64,000 nucleotides of DNA, taken from assembly GCA_029941465.1 (NCBI GenBank), contig JAPYQN010000003.1, positions 4,513 through 68,512 on the forward strand, written 5' to 3'. The notes beneath the pieces were generated by a model. It was given only the letters and a program-made list of their open reading frames with translations. It ran no database searches and was not told where the DNA came from. Within the stretch, counting starts at the first letter, position 1, and every line of letters begins with the position of its first letter. A program made the position numbers and the translations under genes. Below are positions 19,035 to 29,598 of the stretch, in pieces. Origin of the DNA: Gammaproteobacteria bacterium. Lineage in GTDB: Bacteria > Pseudomonadota > Gammaproteobacteria > Steroidobacterales > UBA11654.

Positions 19035-21346
19035 ATAAGATTAAAACTCTCTTTTTTTTAATACTGCTTGGTGCGACTTTTCCAGTATTTTCTGAAATTA
19101 CTATTGACGGTGTTTTGGATGAAAAAGAGTGGCAAGAAGCTCAGCAGTTGAATGATTTTTTCATCACGAACCCCTTTAGCCTAGAGCCAGCCCCATTGGA
19201 CACCCAAGTGTTGATTTATTCAGACATAAAGGGTCTATATTTTGCCTTCATAAATGCTCAAGAATATGACACCAGAGACAGAAGACTGCACCGAAGAGAC
19301 GACCTAATGCATAAGTTTGATCGTAATGTGGTTGTGGTTGATTTTGATAATAAGGCAAATACAGGCTATATGTTAGGCGTCTCACTCGGTGATGCTTTGA
19401 TAGATTTCACCATAACCAATGAGAGTAATTTAGATGGAGATTGGGATGGGGAGTGGTTTGCTAAAACATCTGAATCAGAAGAAGTTTGGTTTTCAGAATT
19501 TTTTATTCCCTGGACTATGGCTCCAATGAATGAGCAAGAAGGGGATAAAAGAACTATTGGTATCAGTGTTAGTCGTGAGGTGAGGTATCTAGGTAATTAT
19601 TTTGCTTTCCCCAAAAGTACCCCACAACGAGAAAAATTCTTGTCCACACTTCATCAAATTCAAGTGGTTAAATCCAATCCTAGCCAACTTGATTTCTTCC
19701 CTTACGCAGTTGCAAATAATGATTTTATTGAGGATGACTCTTCATTTGATGCCGGTGCTGAAGTGTTTTATAACAACGGTAAAGGCGGAGAGATTACTGC
19801 AACAATAAACCCTGATTTTGGTCAAGTTGAGAGTGATAATGTGGTAATCAATTATTCACCTAGAGAAACATTTTATTCAGATAAAAGACCTTTTTTCACT
19901 CAAAGTCAGTCCCTATTTGATGTCAGTTTGAATTGGTATCCTGGGTTTGAAATGTATTCTATTTTCCATACCAGGCGAATTGGTGGTAACCCAGACTATG
20001 ATTGCACTAACTATTCAGCTGCTGAAGGCGGCAGCGATGAATTAGAAGCAGAATGTGAGGCCAGTCAACAGAGCATCAATGACATTGATACAGCCATTAA
20101 GTACACAAAGCTTGGAGAGACCACAGACATTGGCGCTTTTGCAGCCTTTGAGAAAGATGAGGATTTTAGCCAGGGCAATGATTTTTTTGCTTTCAGAGCA
20201 TTACGTCATCAAGGTGATCAGAAAATTGGTTACATGGTTACCCACACTCAGAAAGATGTTATTGATCGACAGGCAACCGTTAATGCTTTTGATTACCAGT
20301 ATCTTCCTGACAATGGCTTAAAGGTTGAGCACTTGACTATGATGTCTAGTATTGACCAAGAGGATAGTGGTTTTGGGTCTAGAACAGCTGTCTCTTATAG
20401 ACCATCAAAAGAGATTCGATATGCAGCTGAAGTTTATTATTTTGATGAGGATCTCAATATTAATGACATGGGGTACCTATGGAGAAATGATTTATTATCC
20501 TATGGAGTTTCTGTTAACTACGCCAGAACTGATTTTCCAAAAGATTCAAAAATCAACAATCGAACCTATAACTTTGATATTTGGGACCAAAATAATTCAG
20601 ACCATGATAACTTAAATGAATTCTACACCCTCTTTTTCAGGCAGAGCTTTAAAAGCACTGCATCGCTAAGTGTAAATATTTTTGCGAAAGCAGAAGGTAA
20701 AGATGATGAAATTACTCGAGGGAGCTTAATTGCACCGTTTATAAAGACCGGATCGGGAGCTAATTATGAGGTTGATTACAGAAGCCCTACCTACGGGGCT
20801 TGGAATTATAATTTAGGATTACAATCCGAAATGGATGATTTCTATGCCTTTAAAAATCATCATAAAAAAATATCCGGTGGTGTTACATTCACTCCTAAGG
20901 ACAATCTTAGGTTCTGGATAAGAACTCACCATCACACCAGCACTAATTGGTTAACCCGCTTAGGAGACAACCATTACGGAACCTATGCTCAAACTCGAAC
21001 CAGTCTTAATTTTGGAACACGTTGGTACCCAAGCCAGAAACAAGAGTTGCAGATCAAACTAGAAGCCGTGTCTTTTAGAAATCAGGAAGGCAAAGGTTGG
21101 TATGCAGACGGTAAAGGTTTTTTGGTTAGTAGCAATGAAACTGAGAACAGTATTAATCTTGGAAAAATAGGTTTTCAGATTCGTTATAAATATGAAATAG
21201 CTCCGTTGTCAAATTTCTATCTAGTTTATACTCGTGGAGGCGGTTATTACTTTGATGACGAGGCCGGAACTTCTAAAATCTTTCGAACCACTTGGCAAGA
21301 ACCTGAAGGCAACACCTTCGCTGCAAAAATTAGATATCGATTTTGA
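19031..21346 (+). CDS. outer-membrane CBM9-like / DUF5916-type protein (paralogue 1)
   Basis: 771 aa with a signal peptide (cleavage near VFS/E). N-terminal DG.LDE.EW..A pattern of CBM9/DOMON-like domains, long beta-rich region, C-terminal aromatic residue (YRF). The ATG overlaps the upstream stop (ATGA). Confidence 0.6.
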   Translation: MNKIKTLFFLILLGATFPVFSEITIDGVLDEKEWQEAQQLNDFFITNPFSLEPAPLDTQVLIYSDIKGLYFAFINAQEYDTRDRRLHRRDDLMHKFDRNVVVVDFDNKANTGYMLGVSLGDALIDFTITNESNLDGDWDGEWFAKTSESEEVWFSEFFIPWTMAPMNEQEGDKRTIGISVSREVRYLGNYFAFPKSTPQREKFLSTLHQIQVVKSNPSQLDFFPYAVANNDFIEDDSSFDAGAEVFYNNGKGGEITATINPDFGQVESDNVVINYSPRETFYSDKRPFFTQSQSLFDVSLNWYPGFEMYSIFHTRRIGGNPDYDCTNYSAAEGGSDELEAECEASQQSINDIDTAIKYTKLGETTDIGAFAAFEKDEDFSQGNDFFAFRALRHQGDQKIGYMVTHTQKDVIDRQATVNAFDYQYLPDNGLKVEHLTMMSSIDQEDSGFGSRTAVSYRPSKEIRYAAEVYYFDEDLNINDMGYLWRNDLLSYGVSVNYARTDFPKDSKINNRTYNFDIWDQNNSDHDNLNEFYTLFFRQSFKSTASLSVNIFAKAEGKDDEITRGSLIAPFIKTGSGANYEVDYRSPTYGAWNYNLGLQSEMDDFYAFKNHHKKISGGVTFTPKDNLRFWIRTHHHTSTNWLTRLGDNHYGTYAQTRTSLNFGTRWYPSQKQELQIKLEAVSFRNQEGKGWYADGKGFLVSSNETENSINLGKIGFQIRYKYEIAPLSNFYLVYTRGGGYYFDDEAGTSKIFRTTWQEPEGNTFAAKIRYRF

Positions 21347-21352
21347 TAAGAG

Positions 21353-21760
21353 TTAATCTTTCTGTTCTAGTTCAATTAAAGTGCCTAAAAAATCTTTGGG
21401 ATGCATAAAAATAACAGGTTTGTTGTGTGCACCAATAGCGGGTTCTTTTGCTCCAACAATGGTTGCTCCTAATGCAATCATCTGGTCTCTGGCCTGGAAG
21501 ATATCATTAACCTCAAAGCACACATGATGCATGCCACCCTTTGGGTGTTTTTTAATAAACGCACTTATGGGTGATTCTTCACCCAAAGGCTCTATCAGTT
21601 CTATCTTGGTATTGGGAAGTTCAACAAAGACAGTGGTGACTCCATGATCAGGCATTGGCACTGGTTCTGAGACTATAGCACCTAGTGTTTCTTTATATAC
21701 CTGGCTGGCATCTTCTAGGTTAGGTACTGCGATGGCAATGTGATTTAATCGTCCTATCAT
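21353..21760 (-). CDS. mce: methylmalonyl-CoA epimerase
   Basis: 135-aa VOC-fold protein (LNHIAIAV...HHVCFEV). Last gene of the propionate operon. Confidence 0.85.
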   Translation of the reverse strand: MIGRLNHIAIAVPNLEDASQVYKETLGAIVSEPVPMPDHGVTTVFVELPNTKIELIEPLGEESPISAFIKKHPKGGMHHVCFEVNDIFQARDQMIALGATIVGAKEPAIGAHNKPVIFMHPKDFLGTLIELEQKD

Positions 21761-22755
21761 TTCATTTTTTCTTTAATTTTTTTTATAACATCAGACAAGA
21801 AACTAGTTTCTTTAATTTCTTGCCACTGTGTTGTCTTTGTCTGGCTAAGTTTATCAATTAAAGTTTCATCTGACTCTATAGCAGCAAGTATAAGATTTTT
21901 TTTCTTATTTTTTAACCAAATTTCATTTTGTCTTTGTCTCTTTTCTTTAAGTTGCCCAGTGTTTATTAGATGATTTTTTAGTTCAAGAATTTGATCCCAG
22001 ACCTCATTAATTCCTTCTTTTTGCAGGGCAGAGCAAGAAAGAATGGGAATAGTCCATTGTTTAATTCTAGGTTTTAGGAGTTTAAGAGCATTTTTGTAAT
22101 CAAGCACTGTGCTTTTAGAAGTTGCTAAAAGATTGCCGTCAGATTTATTGACCACAAGGATATCAGCCAACTCAGTAATTCCTCGTTTTATGCCTTGTAA
22201 TTCATCACCACCGCCAGGACTTAGTAGGACCAAAAAGATATCAGTCATTTCAAAAACTTCAGTTTCAGCTTGACCAACACCAACAGTTTCAATCAAGATT
22301 ACAGAATATCCAGCGGCTTCAAGAATACTTATTGATTCTCTGGTAGATCGGTTAACACCGCCTAAGTTACCTCCTGAAGGAGAAGGCCTAATAAAAGTGT
22401 TTTTACTTCGAGATAAGGACTCCATTCTAGTTTTATCTCCGAGTATAGATCCTCCACTAATACTTGAGCTTGGATCTATTGCCAGAATGGCTAAACACTC
22501 ACCAGTTTCTAAAACTGGGTGGCCTATGGCTTCGATAAATGTTGATTTCCCAACCCCTGGTGGCCCTGATATGCCTATTCTAATACTGTCGTTTGTTGAA
22601 GTTTTAAGTTTGCTCAAGAGTTGTTCAGCTAAGGCTTGATCTTCTTCTTTTGTTGACTCAACTAAGGTGATTCCATTCGCAATGGCTTTTCTATCTCCTG
22701 ATGTGATTGACTGAGCTAATAATTCAATATCTGATGTCTTCAAATTAATCCTCAA
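21757..22755 (-). CDS. meaB: methylmalonyl-CoA mutase-associated G-protein chaperone
   Basis: P-loop GPPGVGKST, ETVGVGQ, NKSD motifs. 4-nt overlap with mce. Confidence 0.85.
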   Translation of the reverse strand: MRINLKTSDIELLAQSITSGDRKAIANGITLVESTKEEDQALAEQLLSKLKTSTNDSIRIGISGPPGVGKSTFIEAIGHPVLETGECLAILAIDPSSSISGGSILGDKTRMESLSRSKNTFIRPSPSGGNLGGVNRSTRESISILEAAGYSVILIETVGVGQAETEVFEMTDIFLVLLSPGGGDELQGIKRGITELADILVVNKSDGNLLATSKSTVLDYKNALKLLKPRIKQWTIPILSCSALQKEGINEVWDQILELKNHLINTGQLKEKRQRQNEIWLKNKKKNLILAAIESDETLIDKLSQTKTTQWQEIKETSFLSDVIKKIKEKMK

Positions 22756-24709
22756 ATTCCAGAATTTTTTGGTCTACTGCTAGGTTAGCGCCTTCTGTTG
22801 TTAATATCGATTTAATTTTAACGTCTTTGCTTGCTCTTAGGCTATTTTCCATTTTCATTGCTTCGACAACTGCTAGCTCTTCTCCGCTTTTAATAGTTTG
22901 CCCTTCCTCTACACAAATTTTCATCAGTAGACCAGGCATAGGTGAGAGCAGATATTTAGAAAGATCAAGCGGAATTTTTTTTGGCATTAAACGATTTAAT
23001 TCTGCAGTTCTTTGTCTAGAAACTAATGCACTGAACACTCTGCCTCTATGAGTGAGTTGATATCCTGGGTATTGATTTTCAATTTGGAAGTAGAGCTCTT
23101 CATCATTAATCTTTATTTGGACTCTAGGATCATTAGGTTGTTTGTTGATAAGAATGTTGTATTCATTTGTTTGCGATATAGCTTTCATTAGTGTGTCTGT
23201 ATCCTCAGTTCTCACAGGTATTTGTTGCTCATTAATTTTTACAGTCCATTGATTGGTAATCATACGGTTTGTTTTTATCCGTTTAAGTTGATCGGTATGA
23301 TAACAGGCCAGAACACAGGCGATTGTTTGTGTTTCGTGTTCAGTTCCAGATTCTCCCTTAAAGCCATCTTGGTATTCCTCAGCAATAAAATTAGTTGTTG
23401 TATTACCCGATTGAAACCTTGTATTTTGCATAATTGAGCTCAAAAAATTAAGATTATGAGAGACCCCTGAAATAACGTATTGATCAATGGCACTCAGCAT
23501 ATACTGAATGGCTTCATCACGCGTATTACCATAGGTAATTAGCTTTGCAATCATAGGATCATAAAACATTGACACTTCGCTGCCCTCTCTGATTCCAGTA
23601 TCAATCCTTACATTCATTGAAGATTTGGGAGTACGATATTTTGTTAGACGTCCAATCGAAGGCATAAATTCCCTATAGGGGTCCTCAGCATATATTCTTG
23701 ATTCAAGTGCCCAACCTGAGGTAGTAATTTTGTCTTGCTGAAGATTTAATGATTCACCTGCAGCAATGGTTATCATTTTTTCGACCAGGTCAATTCCAGT
23801 AACCATTTCTGTAACCGGGTGTTCAACTTGAAGTCTGGTGTTCATTTCCAGAAAATAGAATTGTTGTTCTTTATCAACGATAAATTCAACTGTACCAGCT
23901 GATTCATAGTTGACAGCTTTCGCAAGAGCCACAGCTTGCTCACCCATTTTTATTCTAGTTTTATCACTGATGAAAGGAGAGGGGGCTTCCTCAACAACTT
24001 TTTGATGTCGCCTTTGAATAGAGCACTCTCTTTCCCCAAGGTAAACAGTATTACCTTGTTGGTCTGCCAAAAGTTGTATTTCAATATGGTGTGGCTCAGT
24101 AATGAATTTCTCAGCAAATATTCGATCATCACCAAAGCTTGATAAGCTTTCATTTTTCGCATGTTCAAAACCATCAAGACATTCTTGGTCATTATTAACA
24201 ACTCTCATGCCTTTACCACCGCCACCAGCACTGGCTTTCAGCATCACCGGATAACCAATATCATTTGCCACCTTTACCGCCTCTTCACTATCTTTTATTG
24301 CTTTTGTAAATCCAGGGATAACATTGACCCCAACTTTCTCAGCGATCTTCTTTGATTCGATCTTATCGCCCATGCTGACAATGGCTTCGCTCTTGGGTCC
24401 TATGAAGACGATATTGTTTTTTTCTAAGGTCGTAGCAAAATCATCATTCTCTGACAAGAAGCCATAACCTGGGTGTACAGCTTCAGCACCACATTCGAGG
24501 CATGCTTTTATGATTTTATCTATAACAAGATAACTTTCTGAAGCAGTTGAGCCACCAATACAAAATGATTCATCAGCCAAATCAACATGCATGGCATTCG
24601 CATCTTCATCAGAATAAACCGCAACTGTTTTAATACCCATATCCTTACAAGTTTTAATGACTCGACAGGCAATTTCACCGCGATTGGCAATGAGTATTTT
24701 ATTAAACAT
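22745..24709 (-). CDS. pccA: propionyl-CoA carboxylase alpha subunit (biotin carboxylase + BCCP)
   Basis: N-terminal MFNKILIANRGEIA, ATP-grasp region, C-terminal biotinylation site EAMKME. Context with pccB and the mutase. Confidence 0.9.
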   Translation of the reverse strand: MFNKILIANRGEIACRVIKTCKDMGIKTVAVYSDEDANAMHVDLADESFCIGGSTASESYLVIDKIIKACLECGAEAVHPGYGFLSENDDFATTLEKNNIVFIGPKSEAIVSMGDKIESKKIAEKVGVNVIPGFTKAIKDSEEAVKVANDIGYPVMLKASAGGGGKGMRVVNNDQECLDGFEHAKNESLSSFGDDRIFAEKFITEPHHIEIQLLADQQGNTVYLGERECSIQRRHQKVVEEAPSPFISDKTRIKMGEQAVALAKAVNYESAGTVEFIVDKEQQFYFLEMNTRLQVEHPVTEMVTGIDLVEKMITIAAGESLNLQQDKITTSGWALESRIYAEDPYREFMPSIGRLTKYRTPKSSMNVRIDTGIREGSEVSMFYDPMIAKLITYGNTRDEAIQYMLSAIDQYVISGVSHNLNFLSSIMQNTRFQSGNTTTNFIAEEYQDGFKGESGTEHETQTIACVLACYHTDQLKRIKTNRMITNQWTVKINEQQIPVRTEDTDTLMKAISQTNEYNILINKQPNDPRVQIKINDEELYFQIENQYPGYQLTHRGRVFSALVSRQRTAELNRLMPKKIPLDLSKYLLSPMPGLLMKICVEEGQTIKSGEELAVVEAMKMENSLRASKDVKIKSILTTEGANLAVDQKILEFED

Positions 24710-24712
24710 ATT

Positions 24713-26257
24713 CTATAAAGGAATATTGTCGTGTTTACGCCATGGGTTGGTTTGTTGTTTATCCTTTAGCATGTCAAATGAACGGCATAATTTCTCTCTA
24801 GATCGATGGGGCAATATCACATCGTCTATGAAACCACGACTAGCTGCAATAAATGGATTAGCAAATTTTTCCCTATATTCTTCGGTTCTTTTTTGAATCT
24901 TTTGTTCATCACCAATGTCTTTTCTAAAGATAATCTCGACCGCACCTTTTGGTCCCATCACAGCAATTTCTGCAGATGGCCAGGCAAAATTCACATCACC
25001 TCTGATGTGTTTTGAACTCATAACATCATAAGCTCCACCATAAGCTTTTCTGGTGATTAATGTCACTTTTGGGACGGTGGCTTCAGCGTATGCAAAAAGT
25101 AGTTTAGCACCATGTTTTATGATACCGCCATGTTCCTGAGAGGTTCCTGGCATGAATCCTGGAACGTCAACTAGAGTGAGTAGGGGGACATTAAACGCAT
25201 CACAGAAGCGGACAAATCTAGCTGCTTTTATTGATGAATCTATATCAAGACATCCAGCTAACACCATCGGCTGATTACCTACAACACCAACCGTAGTACC
25301 GTTCAATCTAATAAAACCAATAACAATGTTTTGTGCATAATTAGGTTGTATTTCAAAAAATTCTCCCTCATCACCGAGCTTATGAATCACTTCTTTCATA
25401 TCATAGGGTTTTGCAGGATCTTGTGGCACTAAGGTATCAAGGGATGTTTCTTCCCTATCCATTGGATCTTGATTCTCAATTACAGGTGGTTTCTCTCGAT
25501 TATTTTGTGGCAAAAAACTCATGAATTCACGGGTCATTAATAATGCTTCTGTATCATTCTCAAAAGTAAGATCAGCGACACCAGATTTTTTACTATGTGT
25601 CGAAGCTCCACCAAGTTCTTCTGCCGAAACTTCTTCATGGGTTACAGTTTTTACGACATCAGGGCCTGTGACAAACATATAAGAACTGTCTTCAACCATA
25701 AAAATAAAATCTGTCATGGCTGGTGAATATACTGCACCACCTGCACACGGACCCATGACTAAGGAGATTTGTGGCACTACTCCTGAAGCTAGGACATTGC
25801 GCTTAAACACCTCTGCATAACCACCCAAAGAAACAACGCCTTCTTGGATCCTAGCACCACCAGAATCATTCAACCCAATTAAAGGCGCGCCGTTTTGCAT
25901 TGCATGGTCCATTACTTTGCATATTTTTTCAGCATGAGTTTCAGATAATGAGCCACCAAACACAGTAAAATCTTGACTAAATACATAAACTAAACGCCCG
26001 TTTATTTTTCCGTACCCGGTGACCACTCCATCACCAGGAATTTTTTGTTCTTCCATGCCAAAATCAACTGCTCGGTGTTCAACCAAGGTGTCTAATTCTT
26101 CGAATGTACCTTCATCAATTAAGATATCAATTCTCTCTCTAGCAGTCAGCTTACCTTTGGCATGCTGTTTCTGAATTCGTTCTTCGCCACCACCCAAGCG
26201 GGCAGCTTCTTTTCTTTTTTCTAATTCTTTTATATTTCCTTTCATGCTTTTATTCAA
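24713..26257 (-). CDS. pccB: propionyl-CoA carboxylase beta subunit (carboxyltransferase)
   Basis: 514-aa carboxyltransferase with typical blocks ([18 protein letters not shown]). Confidence 0.9.
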   Translation of the reverse strand: MNKSMKGNIKELEKRKEAARLGGGEERIQKQHAKGKLTARERIDILIDEGTFEELDTLVEHRAVDFGMEEQKIPGDGVVTGYGKINGRLVYVFSQDFTVFGGSLSETHAEKICKVMDHAMQNGAPLIGLNDSGGARIQEGVVSLGGYAEVFKRNVLASGVVPQISLVMGPCAGGAVYSPAMTDFIFMVEDSSYMFVTGPDVVKTVTHEEVSAEELGGASTHSKKSGVADLTFENDTEALLMTREFMSFLPQNNREKPPVIENQDPMDREETSLDTLVPQDPAKPYDMKEVIHKLGDEGEFFEIQPNYAQNIVIGFIRLNGTTVGVVGNQPMVLAGCLDIDSSIKAARFVRFCDAFNVPLLTLVDVPGFMPGTSQEHGGIIKHGAKLLFAYAEATVPKVTLITRKAYGGAYDVMSSKHIRGDVNFAWPSAEIAVMGPKGAVEIIFRKDIGDEQKIQKRTEEYREKFANPFIAASRGFIDDVILPHRSREKLCRSFDMLKDKQQTNPWRKHDNIPL

Positions 26258-28370
26258 TTAAATCTAGGACTTTAAGAGCGGCTTTTGCAATATTTGTACC
26301 CGGTCCAAAAACTGCTCCTACACCTATAGATTCAAGTTCTGGTATGTCCTGCTTAGGAATGATTCCTCCGCAAACAATCAGTATGTTTTCTGCATTCTGT
26401 TCCTTAAGTGCCTCTATTAACATTGGCACTAAGGTTTTGTGAGCAGCAGCTTGTGTTGATACACCAAGAATATGCACATCATTCTCAATTGCTTGTTTAG
26501 CAGCTTCTTCAGGCGTTTGAAATAATGGGCCAATATCTACATCAAAGCCCATATCAGCAAAGGCAGTCGCAATAACTTTGGCCCCACGATCATGCCCATC
26601 TTGACCCAATTTGACCACCAGAATTCTTGGTCTTCGGCCGTTAGCAGAAGAAAAGTTAGCAATTTTTTCTTCAATGTTCATAAATTCATCGTCCCCTTCA
26701 TATTCACTACGATACACACCACTTATTGAGCGGGCTACTGCTTGATGCCTACCAAACACATTTTCCATGGCTTGGGAAATTTCTCCCACTGTGGCTCTAG
26801 TTTTTGCAGCTTCAATGGCTACCTCTAAAAGGTTGCCGCCATTTCGTGCTGTTGACTCTATGTTTTCAAGAGTCTGTTGGCACCTCTCTTCATCACGTGA
26901 TTCTTTAATTGTTTTTAGTTTATTGAGTTGTTGTTCTCTGACATCTTGGTTATCAATGGATAAGATGTCGACAACTTGCTCATTCGAAGAAAAGTAGTCA
27001 TTTACGCCAACAATAATTTCTTCTTTTTTTTCAATTTTTGCTTGTCTAATTGCAGCAGACTCTTCGATTCTGAGTTTTGGAACACCGGCCTGAACAGCTT
27101 TTGTCATTCCCCCAAGTTCCTCAACTTCATCGATAAGCTTTCGGGCTTCTTTAATAATTGATCCAGTCAATGATTCAACATAATATGACCCTGCAAGTGG
27201 ATCGACAACTTTTGTTAACCCAGTCTCCTCCCTAAGTACCAGCTGAGTGTTTCTTGCAATTTCTGCTGAGAAAGGGGTTGGCAAGGCAAGCGCTTCATCA
27301 AATGAGTTTGTATGTAAGGATTGAGTTCCCCCAAGGACTGCAGCCATAGCTTCGATGGTGGTTCGAACAATATTATTGTATGGGTCCTGACTCGTTAAGC
27401 TTACTCCAGAAGTTTGACAGTGAGTTCTTAACATCAAGGATTTTGGATTTTTTGGTTTGAATTCTTGCTCAATTAATTCAGACCATAGGACTCTTGCCGC
27501 TCTGAGCTTCGCAATTTCCATAAAGAAATTCATCCCAATACCAAAAAAGAATGACAACCGAGGAGCAAATGAATCGACATCAAGATCTTGGTTTTTAGCA
27601 GCTCTTACATATTCAAGTCCATCAGCAATGGTATAGGCTAATTCTTGGGTACAAGTAGCACCCGCTTCAAGCATGTGATATCCAGAAATAGAAACAGAAT
27701 TAAATAAAGGAAGTTGTTTAGAGCAATAGGCAATAATGTCTGCCACAATCCTCATTGAATCCTCAGGTGGGTAGATATAGGTATTCCTCACCATAAATTC
27801 TTTTAATATATCGTTTTGCAAAGTTCCTTTAAGCACCTCTTTTGCCACACCTTGTTCCTCTGCCGCAACAATGAACATTGCCATTATGGGTATTACTGCC
27901 CCATTCATGGTCATCGAGACTGACATTTTATCTAGCGGTATTTGATCAAATAAAATCTTCATATCTTCGACACTGTCTATAGCAACACCTGCTTTCCCGA
28001 CATCGCCTGGAACCCTTGGATGATCTGAGTCGTACCCCCTGTGTGTGGCTAAATCAAAAGCTACAGAGAGCCCTGTTTGACCTGCAGATAAATTATCTCG
28101 GTAAAACTTATTTGATTCTGCTGCCGTAGAAAATCCAGAGTACTGCCTAACAGTCCAAGGTCTTTTGCTGTACATTGTGGCTCTTGGGCCTCTCAAGAAT
28201 GGTGGGAACCCAGGTAAGTTGTTTAAATGTTCCAGTTCCATAAGATCATCCGCCGTATACAGCGGTTTCACTTCTATGCCCTCTAGAGTATTCCAGTTAA
28301 GCGATTCAGTGTTGTCACCCTTGAGTTCTTCAGCGGCTTTTTCTTGCCATTTTTTATCTATTTTTCCCAT
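26250..28370 (-). CDS. scpA: methylmalonyl-CoA mutase, single-chain B12-dependent form
   Basis: 706 aa. Mutase TIM-barrel blocks ([23 protein letters not shown]) and a C-terminal B12-binding DGHDRG motif. Confidence 0.9.
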   Translation of the reverse strand: MGKIDKKWQEKAAEELKGDNTESLNWNTLEGIEVKPLYTADDLMELEHLNNLPGFPPFLRGPRATMYSKRPWTVRQYSGFSTAAESNKFYRDNLSAGQTGLSVAFDLATHRGYDSDHPRVPGDVGKAGVAIDSVEDMKILFDQIPLDKMSVSMTMNGAVIPIMAMFIVAAEEQGVAKEVLKGTLQNDILKEFMVRNTYIYPPEDSMRIVADIIAYCSKQLPLFNSVSISGYHMLEAGATCTQELAYTIADGLEYVRAAKNQDLDVDSFAPRLSFFFGIGMNFFMEIAKLRAARVLWSELIEQEFKPKNPKSLMLRTHCQTSGVSLTSQDPYNNIVRTTIEAMAAVLGGTQSLHTNSFDEALALPTPFSAEIARNTQLVLREETGLTKVVDPLAGSYYVESLTGSIIKEARKLIDEVEELGGMTKAVQAGVPKLRIEESAAIRQAKIEKKEEIIVGVNDYFSSNEQVVDILSIDNQDVREQQLNKLKTIKESRDEERCQQTLENIESTARNGGNLLEVAIEAAKTRATVGEISQAMENVFGRHQAVARSISGVYRSEYEGDDEFMNIEEKIANFSSANGRRPRILVVKLGQDGHDRGAKVIATAFADMGFDVDIGPLFQTPEEAAKQAIENDVHILGVSTQAAAHKTLVPMLIEALKEQNAENILIVCGGIIPKQDIPELESIGVGAVFGPGTNIAKAALKVLDLIE

Positions 28371-28486
28371 AATAAAAATAGTCAGTCTTAGATTATAATC
28401 TTAGGATCCTATTCTATAGCTCCATATTTGGCAATCATAGAAAATAAAAGAAAAAATTATTAAAGAGTTTAATTTAAGTTCTTGTT

Positions 28487-28514
28487 TTGAAATAAAAATA
28501 CTTCATCCTATAAT
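28487..28514 (+). promoter_or_regulatory. candidate sigma-70 promoter for the LLM oxidoreductase gene
   Basis: TTGAAA (28487-28492), 16-nt spacer, TATAAT (28509-28514), 35 nt upstream of the ATG at 28549. AT-rich DNA makes chance matches likely. Confidence 0.3.
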
Positions 28515-28548
28515 AGTTATTCATTCAATATTTGGGACAATAGAAATC

Positions 28549-29586
28549 ATGAAATTAGGAATGGGATTAGGCTACTCTCCAGCCAAGCTTGAAATACCAA
28601 TGGATGATATTTTAGCTGCTGAGGAATTTGGGTTTGAATCAGTTTGGGCTGCAGAATCATATGGCTCAGATGCAGTTTCTGTTGCCGCTTATGTTTTGGC
28701 TTCCACATCAACAATAAAAGTCGGTACAGCAATTATGCAAATGCAAGCCAGAACACCGACTATGACAGCAATGACAGCTATGTCATTAAATGCTCTTTCG
28801 GATAACCGCTTTCTTTTAGGGCTTGGCCCATCTGGACCCCAAGTTGTTGAAGGATGGTATGGGCAACCTTATGGAAGGCCTCTGACCAGAACAAAAGAGT
28901 ATATTTCCATTGTTAGAAAGATTATTGAGAGAAAGGAGCGCTTAGTTCATGAGGGATACCATTATCAGATCCCTTATACTGGAGAAGGCTCATCAGGATT
29001 AGGTAAACCGCTAAAAAGTATTTTACATAGCACTGACGATCTAAAAATTTATACCGCCTCTATTACCCCTGCAGGATTGAGATGTGCAGGAGAAGTGGCC
29101 GATGGTGTTTTTCCGATTTGGATGAACCCAGAAAAGTTTGATCTTATTGGTCAATATGTAGAGGAAGGTTTCCAGAAGGCTGCAGAAGATAAAAGTTATG
29201 ATGGCTTTGATGTTGCACCATTTGTTCCTGTGGCTATGGGTGACGTTGATTTTTGTACCATGGCGATGAAACCAATGTTTGCACTATATATTGGAGGCAT
29301 GGGTGCAAAATCAAAAAATTTTTATAATGACTATGCTAAAAGACTAGGTTACGAGGAAGCCGCAGAAACTATCCAAGATCTTTATCTATCTGGAAAAAAA
29401 GAAGAAGCCATAATGGCAGTGCCTAATGAGCTAGTTGATGAATGTGCACTCATTGGCCCCCCAGAAAGAATTAAGGAAAGACTACAGTCATGGAAGGCTC
29501 TTGATAAAACTGGGAAGATTGGTACTTTGGTTCTAGGAAATGCCAATAAGAAATCCATGGAAGTCATAGCTAATGAAGTGTTTTAG
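28549..29586 (+). CDS. luciferase-like monooxygenase (LLM) class, probable F420-dependent oxidoreductase
   Basis: 345 aa. The blocks FESVWAAESYGSDA, RTPTMTAM, LGLGPSGPQVVEGWYG match my recollection of the actinobacterial F420-dependent LLM subfamily. F420 biosynthesis genes lie 2 kb away. Confidence 0.7.
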   Translation: MKLGMGLGYSPAKLEIPMDDILAAEEFGFESVWAAESYGSDAVSVAAYVLASTSTIKVGTAIMQMQARTPTMTAMTAMSLNALSDNRFLLGLGPSGPQVVEGWYGQPYGRPLTRTKEYISIVRKIIERKERLVHEGYHYQIPYTGEGSSGLGKPLKSILHSTDDLKIYTASITPAGLRCAGEVADGVFPIWMNPEKFDLIGQYVEEGFQKAAEDKSYDGFDVAPFVPVAMGDVDFCTMAMKPMFALYIGGMGAKSKNFYNDYAKRLGYEEAAETIQDLYLSGKKEEAIMAVPNELVDECALIGPPERIKERLQSWKALDKTGKIGTLVLGNANKKSMEVIANEVF

Positions 29587-29598
29587 GTGGTTATTAAA

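Noticed and set aside
2733-21346. tRNA-Arg as the attachment site of a genomic island. The downstream ~18 kb are rich in accessory-looking genes (desaturase, four MFS transporters, Rieske oxygenases).
   Set aside because: There is no integrase, transposase or phage gene. I could find no direct repeat of the tRNA 3' end by eye, and there is no obvious compositional break. A computed repeat and GC scan would be needed to reopen this.
22745-28370. Whether the carboxylase pair could be acetyl-CoA or methylcrotonyl-CoA carboxylase rather than propionyl-CoA carboxylase.
   Set aside because: The genes are co-operonic with methylmalonyl-CoA mutase, MeaB and the epimerase, with overlapping junctions. 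That context makes PCC by far the most parsimonious call.
28371-28548. Possible cobalamin riboswitch upstream of the B12-dependent methylmalonyl-CoA mutase operon.
   Set aside because: The 178-nt region is almost pure AT. It lacks a B12-box-like GCCACTG element and any extended GC-paired stems.
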